A stretch of 64,000 bases of DNA, taken from positions 140,182,001 through 140,246,000 of the forward strand of contig OX597815.1 in assembly GCA_951406725.2 (NCBI GenBank), in the 5' to 3' direction. Under the pieces are notes generated by a model. That model was not told the DNA's origin. It did not search any database and was given only the letters and a program-made list of their open reading frames with translations. This document shows, piece by piece, positions 1-12,953 of the stretch; position 1 is the first letter of the stretch; each line of letters opens with the position of its first letter. Source of the DNA: Octopus vulgaris (taxonomy: Eukaryota). The translations under genes were made by a program, and so were the position numbers.

Positions 1-1530
1 ATGTATGTATATATACATATATGTATGTGTATATATTTATGTTTATACATATATGTATATGTATGTGTGTGCGTGTGTGTGTCTTGGCGTCACTTAGTTT
101 AAAGACGTGTATTCTGATTATGTTAATTGAATTACGTAAAATCCAAACTGTAGGGATAAAAAAGAGAATGTTTTAAAAGAAATTAATGTAATTATGCAAT
201 CATAAGGAACATTAGTAAGACAAATACAACAGAACGAATGTCATTTTAGTTAAGAACATTTTAGAAAACCTTTTCAATTTTAGTAACTGATATGTGTAGT
301 AGACACGTTTTTAATAACTGTTTTATGATAGATAGGCGGGTAACCTGACTTTAGAAATTCAGTTGAGAATTGTCCAATAGCATAACTGATGTGGACATCT
401 TGGGCCATAAGCACTGTTGTTGATATCATGTAACATCTGCTGACCATTCCGGGGACAACCGATGAAATAATTGTCTATTCTTACTGGTGTTTATCATGGA
501 TGGATGGCTCAAAATATTCACAGCTTTTGGATGAAAATCAGGAAACATAGCCGTCGTTAATATTCTGAAGTAAAGGAATCTGTGTTTGTGAAGTGAGGTG
601 CAATTTATATTTGTCTGAAACGCAGACATTCCACAATTAGTTCTTTTAGAAGCGTATCAAGTAGACGTCCTCGGACCGGATAAAAAATATTTTACAGTCG
701 GTTGATTCGAAATTAAATCTGTTCAGCTGTGATGGCCGAGAGTACGGGCTGTCATAGTCGAAAACGAGAAAGACGAACACGTGCATCAGAACAGTATAGA
801 TCTATGCTTTCATTTGCAAGTGAGTTGGTCAGAAATTAGTCAGCATGGCCAAAATCTGAGGCGTACCGGAGTATAATCAGATTCATGATAATAAATAAAA
901 TAAACAACACAACACAAAAGAGATAAACAAACAAAAACAAAACAAAGAGGAAACAGATCTGAGAGCTGCCGTTACAAGCACACAAACAGTATTTCAGTTC
1001 AATGGAACGTCTATGGAAACGGTTCTGTGTGAGCATTCAAGAAAGGAAATCCTGGGAATATAGTGGATTATATGATTATACAGCTAATAGGGGAAGAAAT
1101 ATATTGCCAAACTACGGAGAAATTGAAAATGATTTAATTATCAAATTTATGAATTCAATAACAAGTAAATGTGATACAATTTCGAGAAATTTAGGGTACC
1201 TGACCAAAAACTAATGGCGTATGAATTTCATTCTTCCAGATATTTAATGTACACATTCCATTTAGTCGAAAAATTGTATGATTTAAATGTTCTTAAATTG
1301 AATTGTAGTCATTAGTGTTGGATTATTGATACTCTCAATAAAAGCATAAAAATATTAAAAATTTTTGGTAGTTTAATTTTTATAACTTAAAGGAGTAAAA
1401 CCCCTTTCTATTCATATAGTTCAATTGTAAGGTATCAAATAAACTAAAATAATATTGAATTATCAGCATACTCGTGTCTTTACATATGTGACTCCACTGT
1501 ACAAAAGCTTCCATATATATAAATACACAT

Positions 1531-1757
1531 ACGGTGAGCTGGCAGAAACGTTAGCACGCCGGGCGAAATGCGTAGCCATATTTCGTCTGCCGTTACGTTC
1601 TGGGTTCAAATTCCGCCGAGGTCGACTTTGCCTTTCATCCTTTCAGGGTCGATAAATTAAGTACCAGTTACGCACTGGGGTAGATATAGCCGACTTAATC
1701 CGTTTGACTGCCTTGTTTGTCCCCTCTGTCTTTAGTCCCTTGTGGGTAGTAAAGAAA
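1531..1757 (+). mobile_element. tRNA-derived SINE, family A (octopus-type), near full length
   Basis: Head ggtgagctggcagaaacgttagc...gggttcaaattcc (box A/B-like) and body gaggtcgactttgcctttcatcc; the same sequence recurs many times in the window. Confidence 0.85.
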
Positions 1758-1814
1758 TATATATATAAATACACATATACCGGATTCACATGCACGCATA
1801 AATATATATAGTCC

Positions 1815-2045
1815 GGGCAAGGTTGCTTATGAGAGACCAGCAGTCGCCCACGCATATCAATTTCCCCTCTCCACGTCACCGATGTTATCCAAGGGAAAGG
1901 CAAAGGCCGGCACAGCATGACGTCACAATTCATTTCTACAGCTGAGTGAAATGAAGCAACATGAAATAAAGTGTCTTGCTCAAGAACACAACATACAGAG
2001 CGGTTCCGGAATCGAACTCACTACCTCATGATTGTAAGCCCGATG
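1815..2045 (-). mobile_element. tRNA-derived SINE fragment (family C-like)
   Basis: Reverse-strand box B gagttcgattcc followed by tgtgttcttgagcaagacacttt, similar to 55785-56075. Confidence 0.6.
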
Positions 2046-2428
2046 ATCTGTATATATACATCAGAAGGGTTAATCCCCGTAAAAATCCCAGTCGTTATAG
2101 TCAGTATCGTTCTCTTACTTCTCTCTAACATTTCTTCTTTTCTTTCTCTTTGATAAAGAGTATAAACCAGTGTTAAGATTAGTCACGTGATTGGATTCCC
2201 TGCAGATTTGTGAATGGTACTATTTCTTTCGGTTTAGCTCTACTGTGGTGCAGATGGATTTAATAGACCTGACTTAACCATCGTCGTGTGCAGGGCTGGC
2301 TGGAATGGTTAAAAATGTCTCTTATAAACTGTCTGATGACGCGGAATTTTCCAAAACAAATTTTCTTCTGAAGCAGTTCGATTACGTCTTTCATTGCTTC
2401 CTAAAAGATGTTTCAGTCTGTTTACATA

Positions 2429-2473
<45 letters not shown>

Positions 2474-2474
<1 letters not shown>

Positions 2475-2676
2475 TCTTTTACTCTTTTACTCTTTTACTT
2501 GTTTCAGTCATTTGACTGCGGCCATGCTGGAGCACCGCCTTTAGTCGATTAAATCGACTCCGGGACTTATTCTTTGTAAGCCCAGTACTTATTTTATCGG
2601 TCTCTTTTGCCGAACCGCTAAGTGACGGGGACGTAAACACACCAGCATCGGTTGTCAAGCAATGCTAGGGGGACAA

Positions 2677-2707
<31 letters not shown>

Positions 2708-2876
2708 CATATATACGACAGGCTTCTTTCAGTTTCCGTCTACCAAATCCACTCACAAGGCATTGGTCGGCCCGGGGCTATAGTAGAAGACACTTGCCCA
2801 AGATGCCACGCAGTGGGACTGAACTCGGAACCATGTGGTTGGTTAGCAAGCTACTTACCACACAGCCACTCCTGCG

Positions 2877-2879
<3 letters not shown>
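2474..2879 (-). mobile_element. tRNA-derived SINE, family B, full length, with LINE-derived 3' tail
   Basis: Head aggcgcaggagtggctgtgtggt...gttccgagttcagtcc; tail ggcggtgctccagcatggccgcagtcaaatgactgaaac then (agtaaaag)n; flanked by (TA)n. Confidence 0.85.
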
Positions 2880-2924
<45 letters not shown>

Positions 2925-2927
<3 letters not shown>

Positions 2928-3067
2928 AAAAATTATATATAAAAATACAAAATGGGACAAGAACGCAAAATACACAAAGAGACGACACAAAAAACGGACG
3001 GGTCATTCGAAGCCTCTAATCTTCAGTCAGGAACCGGATCATCCTAGCAAATTTCGGCTGATTAATC

Positions 3068-3070
<3 letters not shown>
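2925..3070 (-). repeat. Short interspersed repeat (second copy 24893-25030, opposite strand), possibly PLE terminal-repeat derived
   Basis: cagccgaaat...gatgatc.ggttc.tgactga.ga...ggcttcgaatg.cccgtcc shared by both copies; both lie between (TA)n tracts. Confidence 0.55.
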
Positions 3071-3120
<50 letters not shown>

Positions 3121-3702
3121 GGGAAGGAAGAGCTATTTTCATCATACTTGGGGCTATGGCGAAAGAATGTATCTGGTGGACGCGTCTGAAAGGATTAGAG
3201 ACAAACACTTTCCTCTCTGGTCAATCTCTCATCAACTTCTTCGAGTATCACTTGAAAAGGAAAGTGAGAGTAGAGATGCAAGTTTTGTGTTGCGAATGTT
3301 TCAAAAAAAAAAAAAAAAAGATGGGTGAATGTAGCAAGGATGGCACGTATGAATGATGAAGCCACTTTGAGCATAATCCTATGAACCCGGAAAATTTAAA
3401 ACAGAGAGTTACTTACTTGCAAATAAATGTGTTAACATGTGACATTATTGACCGAAGTTGCCGTGGTCTTTTCCGTAGGCTTTTCTTTCCACGGATAAAC
3501 CTTACCTGTTTCCCCCTTTACACTTTACATCATGACATTTCTGTGATACACGATCCCTATTGATCGTTTTTTTCTTTTTCTTTCCTTTTTTACGATCCTT
3601 TTTGATCGAAAACTTACCGCACTTCTTTCTTCCTCTTCAAAAAGAAAAGCTCTTCTTTGTAATGTGTCCCGTCTGTGTTCAGCCCTGTGTGGCTAATAAA
3701 GA
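3121..3702 (+). mobile_element. 3' end fragment of L1/Tx1-type non-LTR retrotransposon
   Basis: Translation IFIILGAMAKECIWWTR resembles the ORF2 C-terminus; T-rich 3' UTR ending aataaag before (ATCT)n. Confidence 0.5.
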
Positions 3703-3706
3703 AACA

Positions 3707-3732
3707 TATCTAACTATCTATCTATCTATCTT

Positions 3733-3821
<89 letters not shown>

Positions 3822-3966
3822 GTATGTATATATACACGCATGTATATATATATATGTATATATGTATATACATGTATACATGTATGTGTCTATACATGTA
3901 TGTGCGTGAATATATATATATGCATGCATGTACATATGCATATATATATGTATGCATGCATGTATG

Positions 3967-4023
<57 letters not shown>

Positions 4024-4046
4024 CATTTATATATATATACATACAT

Positions 4047-4092
<46 letters not shown>
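3707..4092. repeat. Compound microsatellite (ATCT)n/(AT)n/(ATAC)n
   Basis: Direct reading. Confidence 0.95.
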
Positions 4093-4095
<3 letters not shown>

Positions 4096-4151
4096 GTGAA
4101 ATAGAAAGATGAATAATCTTGTAGTAGATTAATCAAAAGTTTAACCGATAC

Positions 4152-4265
4152 CTTAGTAGCAAAAATCACAGCAGTAAACCATGGGCTCTTAGGAGCATAG
4201 TTCGATTTGTTTTTGCTCCGCCTCTGTTCTGTTTTTGTTTTTCCAACGGATTTCCTATTTTCTTC
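4152..4265 (-). CDS. Candidate internal exon of an unidentified host gene (EENRKSVGKTKTEQRRSKNKSNYAPKSPWFTAVIFATK)
   Basis: Pyrimidine acceptor tgtctttctcttcag, donor AAG|gtatcg, 114 nt (38 codons) open in phase 0; no recognisable homology. Confidence 0.35.
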
Positions 4266-4404
4266 CTGAAGAGAAAGACACAATATGGTCCCATTATTCA
4301 ATCGGATTTTGGTAATTTGTGCCTTTCGAAACACGTGTAGAATGAAATAAAACGATTTCCGTTCAATCTGCGTTCAGCTCCATTTCTTCAATTCACCAAT
4401 AATG

Positions 4405-4466
<62 letters not shown>

Positions 4467-5112
4467 GTACCCAAACGCGTATGTCTCTTTATGCGCGTAC
4501 ACACACCACACACACACATGCACTACTCATATACGCATTACTCACGCACTCACAAGCATGAACACATACCCGCTCCCACACACAAACACACATCATGTGT
4601 TGATGTCAACAATGGAGTCTGCAATTCTTCAATTCACTAAACGCAGATATTTCTACGTGGGAGGAGGAAATGCTACATGTTGACCCAATAGAAGACGTCA
4701 GCAGTAGCAGCAGCAGCAACAACAGCAGCGGCAGTACCCACTTGTATCTTGACATTATCATATGATACGGGGTGTTTCTGGTGTTGTTGGTAGCGGAGTT
4801 AGAGAGGATGATGATAGGTACTATTGAAGTGCTTGTGTCGGTGGTGAAGGGATACAACGAGGTCGGTGGTGGTTATGCTGGGTATTCGTGATGTGTGGTT
4901 GATGAGAGACACTGGTGGTGGTGATGGTGGAAATGGTGGTGGTAGTGTAGTGCTGGATGCTTATGGTGTGTGCGCGTGTGGTAAATATGGAGTTGGTGAA
5001 GGCAATGGAAAAATAGTGCTGGCGATGGTAATCTTTGATGTTGCTGTTGTTGTTGACTCTTAATGATGATGATAATGACGACGACGTTGATACTGTGGCA
5101 ATGGTACAACTG

Positions 5113-5330
5113 GTGAGCTGGTAGAATCGTTATCACGCCGGGTCAAATGCATCGCTGCATTTCGTCCGTTTTTACTACGCTCTGAGTTCAAATTGCGCCG
5201 AGGTCGACTTTACCTTTCATCCTTTCGAGATCAATATATTAAGTACTCAATAAATTGAGCACTGGGGGTCGATTTAATCGACTAGCTCCCCCTCACTCCA
5301 AATTCCGGCCTTGTGCCTTTTATAGAAATT
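5113..5330 (+). mobile_element. SINE family A copy
   Basis: ggtgagctggtagaatcgtt...gagttcaaatt...gaggtcgactttacctttcatcc. Confidence 0.75.
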
Positions 5331-5559
5331 AATATTATTATTGTGTGCCATCAAACTGACACTGGGGTAAAATATATGAAGCCCAGTATACCCATCATGA
5401 CTACATGTTTGATGAGGGTACACTAGGCACATGAATCACAACCTTATGTGCATGACATGGAGATCTCATGTCAAAATATGACCTTGCGATATAGGTGTCA
5501 GCAGTGTTAGTGAGATGGCTGGATTGGTAGTGTGCAGAACCTCTACAGCTGTGGCTGTA

Positions 5560-5835
5560 GTGGTACTACACCGGCACTTCGTCGGTTACGACGACGAGGG
5601 TTTCGGTTGATCCACAGACACATGTACTCCACAGACACCTGTACCCTTAACACAGTTCTCATTGAGATTCAGCGTGACACTGAATGTGACCAGGCTGGTC
5701 ATTTGAAGTACAGGTACAAATCATTTTTCCCTGTTGAGAAATAAAGTGACTTGCTCCAGGGCACAACACACCGCCAGGAATCGAACTCACAGTCTTATGA
5801 TTGCGAGTCGAATATCTTCCCCACTAAACCGCGCT
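5560..5835 (-). mobile_element. tRNA-derived SINE fragment
   Basis: Reverse-strand box B gtgagttcgattcctggcgg followed by tgtgccctggagcaagtcacttt. Confidence 0.55.
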
Positions 5836-6499
5836 ACACACACTGAGGTAGTAGAGTTCTTTTAGAGTCATTGTTGTTGTGATGATGATAATGGTTGCAG
5901 TAGTGTCTCTGTCAATGCAGTGGGGGTTGTGGTTGTAGTGGTATGAGTAACAGTAGAGGTAGTAGTTGTATATTATCACAACCATTGATATTGTTGTAGT
6001 CTTTGAGTAGTATACCTCTGTTGTGGCAGTGGAAATGGTTGAAGTAGAACCATTGTTGTTGCTGCAGTAGTCTATTTAGTACTATTGTGATTAAAGATGT
6101 AGTGATTGTAGTAACAACACTGTAGTTGTGGTGATAGTGGCCGTAGTGTTGTCGTAGTTGCTGTGCTAGTAATGGTATTGTTACATTATTGTGGCAGAAA
6201 CGCTTGAGTATCGGACAATACTTTGAATTGAGATAAAGGTGACAAGGCCTATGATCTCTGCACTTGACCCTCGTCCCAGACTGGTGACACAGATTAATAA
6301 TTTTACAATTTGTTGGTCTTGAGGTGACTTATTAGTCCAATATTACCATATAGGATATAAGAGGAACTTTGCGATAAGGAGTGGAATATACAATTTTCTG
6401 TAAGTCAAACCGTCTCATGGACCCAGCAGAAAAAATGGCAATAGTGTTACCCGGAGGATGGTGAAGAAAATGCGCTGATATAATCTTTTCTACTTTTGG

Positions 6500-6630
6500 G
6501 GAGCGGGGAATAGATTAGATCGACTCCAGTACGCAACTGGTACTTAATTTATCGACACCGAAAGGATGAAAGGCAAAGTCGACCTCAGCGGGATTTGAAC
6601 TCAGAACGTAAAGACAGACGAAATACCGCA
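6500..6630 (-). mobile_element. SINE family A fragment
   Basis: aaggatgaaaggcaaagtcgacctc is the reverse complement of the family A body. Confidence 0.75.
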
Positions 6631-6839
6631 GATGCGTTGATATAATGATGTGACCAACCGCTAGAGCATCAGATGAACTACTGTCGGCTGTGTATGAACA
6701 CAGTTTTAATCCTAATCGTTTAAGGTATATGATTCTTATTTAGGATCTAGCCAACAACTAACAGCTGTTTAAGACAAGTAATCCAAATTCACTTTCATTC
6801 ATGTTTCTTTACTTACTTGTAAATTATTAGTATTTAGGT

Positions 6840-7125
6840 TTTACTTGCTTTAGTCATTGGTTTTCAGTCATGGTGAGGCATCGCCTGTAAGGGTTTTAGT
6901 CAAGCAAATCCATCTCAGTATTTAATTTTAAAATCTGGGACCTATTCTATCTTACATTTTGCCGGACCACATACTTATAGGGACGTAAATATACCAATAC
7001 CGCTTGTCACGCGGTGGAAGGGCAGAAACAAACAGAAAAACACGCACATACATACATATATATACACATACATGTATGTGTGTATATATGTATGCATGCA
7101 TCTATAACCGGTTGTGTGTGTGTGT

Positions 7126-7169
<44 letters not shown>

Positions 7170-7333
7170 GCGACAGGATTCTTTCAGTTTCCGTCTACCA
7201 AATTCATTCGCAACACTTTGGTCACTCTGAGACTATAGTAGAAAACACATGCCCAAGTTGCCGCATAGTGGAACCGATCTCAAAACCATGTCGCTGGGAA
7301 GCAAACTTTTACCACGCAGCCATGTTTGCGCCT
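6840..7333 (-). mobile_element. Degenerate SINE family B copy
   Basis: tttcagtttccgtctaccaaatt...gtagaaaacacatgcccaag matches 2474-2879. Confidence 0.7.
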
Positions 7334-7756
7334 ATTATCGCTAATATCATAAATATTTGTTGTGGTTTGGAGCAATTATGTTAACTCTAATTACTGAAAT
7401 CTTTCGCATTTTGTCTCTTCTCATTATTGTTAAATCTCTGTTTTATTTCTTTATTGTCTTGCTGTAATTCTCAATGTCGCTATATTACATTCTATCCCGC
7501 AATAAATCTCTAATTATGATTCTCCCCGTCCATAAAATGCTTTGTTCTCTTTCATATCCACCCATTCCTTAAGTCTTCTTTTATTTCAGTTTCTTTGCCT
7601 CGCAACCTATCTGCTATTTTCGTTTGTCGTTTAGCAATTTTCGCCCTAAGTTCATTCTACATCTTGTTTTAATTTTCGCTATTACGTTCTCTTTCATATC
7701 CGAAAACCCATCCCTTTTCTGAGAGTTGTCACATGTTATAGCTTCAGGTTTATGAC

Positions 7757-7841
<85 letters not shown>
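7757..7841. repeat. (ATCT)n microsatellite
   Basis: Direct reading. Confidence 0.95.
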
Positions 7842-8379
7842 CCACACACATTTCCCCCATTCTCCCTTTCTCTAATCAGACAAACTTTACAAATTTAACC
7901 TATTCGTTACCACAGATTAACGCTATAATAATGTTTTTTCAATTTGTTCACGAACAATTTGTCCTCTGTGTGAAAGCACATGAAGAAATATTACTCTCTT
8001 TACACCCATCCCGCATTTTTGAATCAAATTATATTTATCAGAAAAAAACATGCCCCATTCATTTTTACCAATAAAAGTCCAACTTGAATATACTTCCAGG
8101 AATACCCCCCCCACATGCGTGGGACTGTCACAATGTAAAATTAGTGATTCTACTCACCCATTTAAACAAAACTGATACACGCGTTACCAAAATGTTATGT
8201 ATAACCTTACATCACCTTTAAACGATACCAGAAGTTGGGTGTTTTATTCAGTTGGCAGTAGAAATCATTTCCTAGCCCCTAATGTTTTTTTCAGAATCGG
8301 GCACACAATATATGTAGTTATTGAATGTTTTTTTTTTTAAATTTGGTAGGGCAATAGTCATTACGTGAGAAACGTGAGT

Positions 8380-9140
8380 GTGTGTAGGAGCATAAAGAGA
8401 GAAAACAGTTACAAAACATCCAAAAGGATCCGGAGTTTCATTATGCGTGTATTTATGCTTTGTCGTTGTTCTAGGTCTTTTAGCAAATCACTTTTAATTG
8501 CAAACCCAACACAGCCTCTTTTCTCTCCCTTCGGCTTCTCAATCCAGAATAATGTGAAACCTGCCGCTCTTTCGACCAGATGATCCTCATCTGAACATCT
8601 TATTTCAGAAAGAGCTGCAATATCTCTCTATATATAAACGGCAAAATGTCTGTGTTCTTTATACAAATCCACAATTTTTCAGTTAGAGGGCTCACACTTT
8701 CTATGGTCATTTAAAACCGCCCAAAGGTGGTCGTGCATACCTTTACATTTCCCCAGTCATCCCGCAAAGCCATTAAAAATCAATAGAAGTGATTTTTTTC
8801 GTGAATTTTCTATCCAAACCCCAATCAAAATGCCCGAAACTTGATACGCCAATTGAATGCCAGCTAGCTGTATGTGATTGGTTGGAGATTTGGACAGTAC
8901 TCGCGTGTATGTGCGCATGCACGCAGCTGTATATGCATGCACTAGCAATATGACCCGGCGTTGCCGGGTCATAGTGCTAGTCAATATTAAGACGCCTTAG
9001 TTCCTTAGTTACAAGAGCTGTTCTTCTTTCAAGTCAATCTGATTGATCTAAAAGAGTTCCCACATTCCAACAGTCCAGGTTTGAGAGAAACCGTATTCCT
9101 TGCATACTTGTTATCATTGTTTATATCAATTCTTTGTTCA
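8380..9140 (-). mobile_element. RTE-clade LINE remnant (AP endonuclease N-terminus), interrupted by a Helitron at 8623-8980
   Basis: With the insert removed it reads ERRTALVTKELRRLNID/IAALSEIR...GFTLFW...VGFAIK...RIMKLR...SLYAPT, the RTE APE motifs. Confidence 0.8.
8623..8980 (+). mobile_element. Non-autonomous Helitron
   Basis: 5' TC, subterminal hairpin atgacccggcgttgccgggtcat, 3' CTAG; inserted between A and T with no TSD. Confidence 0.9.
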
Positions 9141-9897
9141 TTCCTGCTAAATTGAATCACCGTTAGCCGCAGTAAACTAACCAGCAGAGAGAGGAAAGAC
9201 AATTTTTAGTGCACCTTTTCTAGCACCTTCCTAGTATATCCAGGTGAGCAGTGTTATCCTTAAAAGGGCTGCTTAGATACAGGATTCTCCACCGAAAACA
9301 GTTCTTGTCCATGAAAACATGTTAGCGATGTTAAGATAAGAACACTGCCGCCTTGTATACAGATTTGCAACTGTATGCTTTCAACCGGTCAAGTCTGAAT
9401 ACGTCACCATGCCTCTATCTATGGGACTTTTGAAAAGAGATGATTGTACGATGATGGTGACAAACTCAGTGACAAACGCTTGTACAAAACTTTTGCCACT
9501 CTCTGGGTCAAAATAGTAGATTACAGTGACAAGCAAAGCAAGATGACTAGTACTAAGTTGACTGCAGGTTTTATATCGCAGTACCTTCTCTTAGGCTTTT
9601 CCCCAAAAGGATACTGCAAGCCAGCAGAGGTAAGTCAATTTGAATTCAGAGTTTTATTCTCCTGTAGTGGTTGTCCTAATCACGGCTTCGTCTTCTCCCA
9701 TAAAAAGTCATGGCTTTGACAGTGCAGCCAGTTAAGGAACTGTCATTACCATCACCTGGTTTTATGTTAGAGTTGCCTTATATATAGAAATATAATATAA
9801 TTAAGGGCTCCTAAATAAGGATGCCAAGTGCTAGGGACACAAAAAAAGGGATAAATTCATCGAGAGTGAAAATCAAAAACATTTACCATTAACGATA

Positions 9898-9979
9898 CAT
9901 CCCGGACTGATCAGTTTCTACCTCTTTCTAGCAAAACAGACAGAATATGTTTGCTAAGGCTGGTTTCATCAGCGAGACG
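9898..9979 (-). ncRNA. Type I hammerhead ribozyme (inverted copy of 10359-10440)
   Basis: Reverse complement of the plus-strand hammerhead. Confidence 0.7.
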
Positions 9980-10358
9980 CCTTTGTTAAATCGAGAAGCA
10001 CAGAGCGTTAGACCATGTGTTGATCTAAACAACTTGTAAATCTTAACTTTTCAAACCTCTGCGCAGACGCAGCCCTTAATTATATTACTATATGAATAAT
10101 ATTTTTCTGTATGAGTAATATTTTGTCTAATGACTAATTCGTCTTTTGTGCTGGGCCACTGGTAGTAATCCATGTTATTATCCTTTTTTGATTATATTCA
10201 CATATTACTTGATAGATTTGTTCGTAGAATTTTTTTGCGGCATGCCCTATATCACCGGGTGGATTTTGCGTCTGCGCAGAGGTTTGAAAAGTTAAGATTT
10301 ACAAGTTGTTTAGATCAACACATGGTCTAACGCTCTGTGCTTCTCGATTTAACAAAGG

Positions 10359-10440
10359 CGTCTCGCTGATGAAACCAGCCTTAGCAAACATATTCTGTCT
10401 GTTTTGCTAGAAAGAGGTAGAAACTGATCAGTCCGGGATG
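10359..10440 (+). ncRNA. Type I hammerhead ribozyme with extended stem II
   Basis: cgtctcg-CTGATGA-a acc...tagcaaa/tttgcta...ggt a-GAAAC-tgatca-GTC-cgggatg; 7-bp stem I, palindromic stem III ACTGATCAGT, predicted cut after C10433. Confidence 0.75.
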
Positions 10441-10784
10441 AATCGTTAATGGTAAATGTTTTTGATTTTCACTCTCGATGAATTTATCCCTTTTTTGTGT
10501 CCCTAGCACTTGGCATCCTTATTTAGGAGCCCTTAATTATATTTCTATATGTATACACACACACACACACACATATATGGGTTACCTTGCGTGTGAACCT
10601 CTGCGAATGAAGGACACTTATTTCTCAAAACCTCCTTAAAAAAACTGAAAGTGCAGTTTGTTCCTGGTCGTCTCAACCTCTGTTGTGCCATTAGTGTTAT
10701 AGCTCATTGCGCTGAAACATGGGTTTAGTGTTGTACAGCACTTTATCCACCGCTTTCATGTATAGCTTAATATTGATTTCAAAC

Positions 10785-10987
10785 TTCGGCACAAGGCCAG
10801 CAAGTTCGGGTGAGCGAGGCTTAGTCGATTGCATCGACCCCAGTATTTGACTGGTACTTATTTCATCGACCCTGATAGGAATAAAGGAGAAGTCGACCTC
10901 GGCGGAATTTCAACATAGAACATATTGACGGACTAAATGCCGCTAAGCATTTCGACCGGCGTGCTAACGATTCTGCTATCTCGCTGC
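10785..10987 (-). mobile_element. SINE family A copy
   Basis: aagtcgacctcggcggaatttc...gcgtgctaacgattctgc. Confidence 0.75.
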
Positions 10988-12953
10988 TTACAGTTACAGT
11001 TTAATATCGACATCTACTCCATGGGTTTACAGCGTTGAGTTTAATATGATCCTGTGATAGATCTGTGTTCTCTCTAGTATGAATTTATATTCTTGCTTAT
11101 TTAACATCAGAGATAAATATCGGTATGTACAGCGCTGTGTGTTATATGGAAAGTTGTGAAAGATATCTAGTTAATTACTATTAATGTAACATATTATTAT
11201 ATGTATGTTCACTGTGTTAAAAGTACGTTCATTTGAAGCGAGATAATTTATAAATTGTAGACAAGGAGCGTTGTATGGAAATTTCAGCAACATAACAATA
11301 ATTATACATTCCCATGAGTAAGAATATAAATTGCTAATTTATAGTTTAGATGAGAGTTTATCTAATTATAATTTTATTTACTTTGATAAATAGTTAATTA
11401 GCTCTTCATTAAACTGAGTTAATTTTTATTTCACTATTTTTAATAAAGAAACAATAACAAAGAAACAAATATAGACATTGTAACAATATAATTATTCTAG
11501 TCGAAGTCTACAGGGGCTGGACATCTCAGCAGTTAGCCGGAGTATTCGCGGTTGTGAGTTATCCGCTTTGAACTTGATTATTAATGCTGACAGCTAGAAA
11601 TAGTATAGTATAGTACAGGCAACCGGGAAGCCTATCTTTACTTTGCTTTCGCCAATTGTTTAAGGTACCCGTATAGAAGTAAGCAACCCTCGCCCTCAGA
11701 GGTACATCATGGACGTGATAGCCGGGGTGAAAAAGGTATCAGTACCCAGCAGGTACACATTTACAGCTAGGTAGAATGGAGCAACCTGAAATTATGTATC
11801 TTGAAACAACATTCCACCAGGCCCAGGGATTGAACCCGTGACCTTATGATCATTAGCCGAATATTTTATCACAAAGCCGGATGTTAAAAAGTGGCGGGAT
11901 ATGATAGGCTAGTTGTCACAGACATGTAAATGGTGGGAATATGGTCAGAATACGTAAGAACAGAAAACTATTGCGATGTAAAATTACATCGGAAGATTAT
12001 CTGGGGAGTCACGAAAGATTGTTAGAGGCAGCGAGGTCCAGTGGGAATTAGGAAAGAACTGGCAGAAGAGATTTTCACCAGCACAGAGGATGATGGCGTT
12101 GGGTGCATACAAAAATATACATAGTCGTATAAATATGTGTAGATATACACAAACATACTCGCAAAAACATTTAAATGCGCTCACACATATACACATATAC
12201 ACTCTTCTTCAGATGCGCCTACATAAATATTTGTACACTTACAGGCATAAATATATACATACAAATATCAATAGTGATTGCTTCATCTTGACGATTAGTA
12301 GTTGTGTCAATCAATCTACATCATCTCAATAATCTCTAATTCGTTTGTGTGCTCCGAGATGACTCCAATCCAGGAAACTCCCCGGAAGCAATTTCTGTCC
12401 ACGTAGTATGACAACACCGTTAAGATAAGTTTCTTCCCACTTAGTATGTGGATTTGAGATTTTGGGCCTCCAACTGGTTTAGTCTGTACACGTCGCCACG
12501 CCTCCATCGTCATAAGACTTTAATAGAGAGACCAGATGAACAAGAAAGAATGAGACATCTGTAAATCATAGGATTAAAATGACATACGCTTGTACAATAC
12601 GTACTCCACTTTCTAAATATCAGTAACTGGAATCCAATAACAAGCATTCCAAGATTAATGATAGCTACATCAACTGCAGCTTTGATTTCAGACTTTTTCA
12701 GACTTTTTCCGAGCAAAGAGACCCATGTTGTATCCATGTGAGTCTACGGTCATCCGAATAAGAGTTAACAAACATACATTTAAGTACAATTCATAGATAA
12801 ACACACACACACACACACACACATACACATACACGCATACTCACACACACATACACACACACACTGGCTCACATACACGCATAAATACACGTAATGGAGG
12901 AACGAATTTGTTGCCACACACTTTGATATTCAAATACACTCACTCAGTGCTCA

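Larger units (their letters stand above)
9782..10551. mobile_element. Non-autonomous PLE-like/retrozyme element with ~290-bp inverted arms (9782-10071 / 10267-10550)
   Basis: Arms are near-identical reverse complements, each containing a hammerhead; the spacer start gcccttaattatatt (10072) repeats directly at 10529. Confidence 0.75.

Noticed and set aside
3560-4112. Many ORFs rich in YI/HT/CV/N/L runs (also at 19k, 22-25k, 29-32k, 41-42k and 46k)
   Set aside because: They are translations of stop-free microsatellites, not genes
12316-12737. Two adjacent minus-strand ORFs
   Set aside because: No recognisable motifs or convincing splice signals
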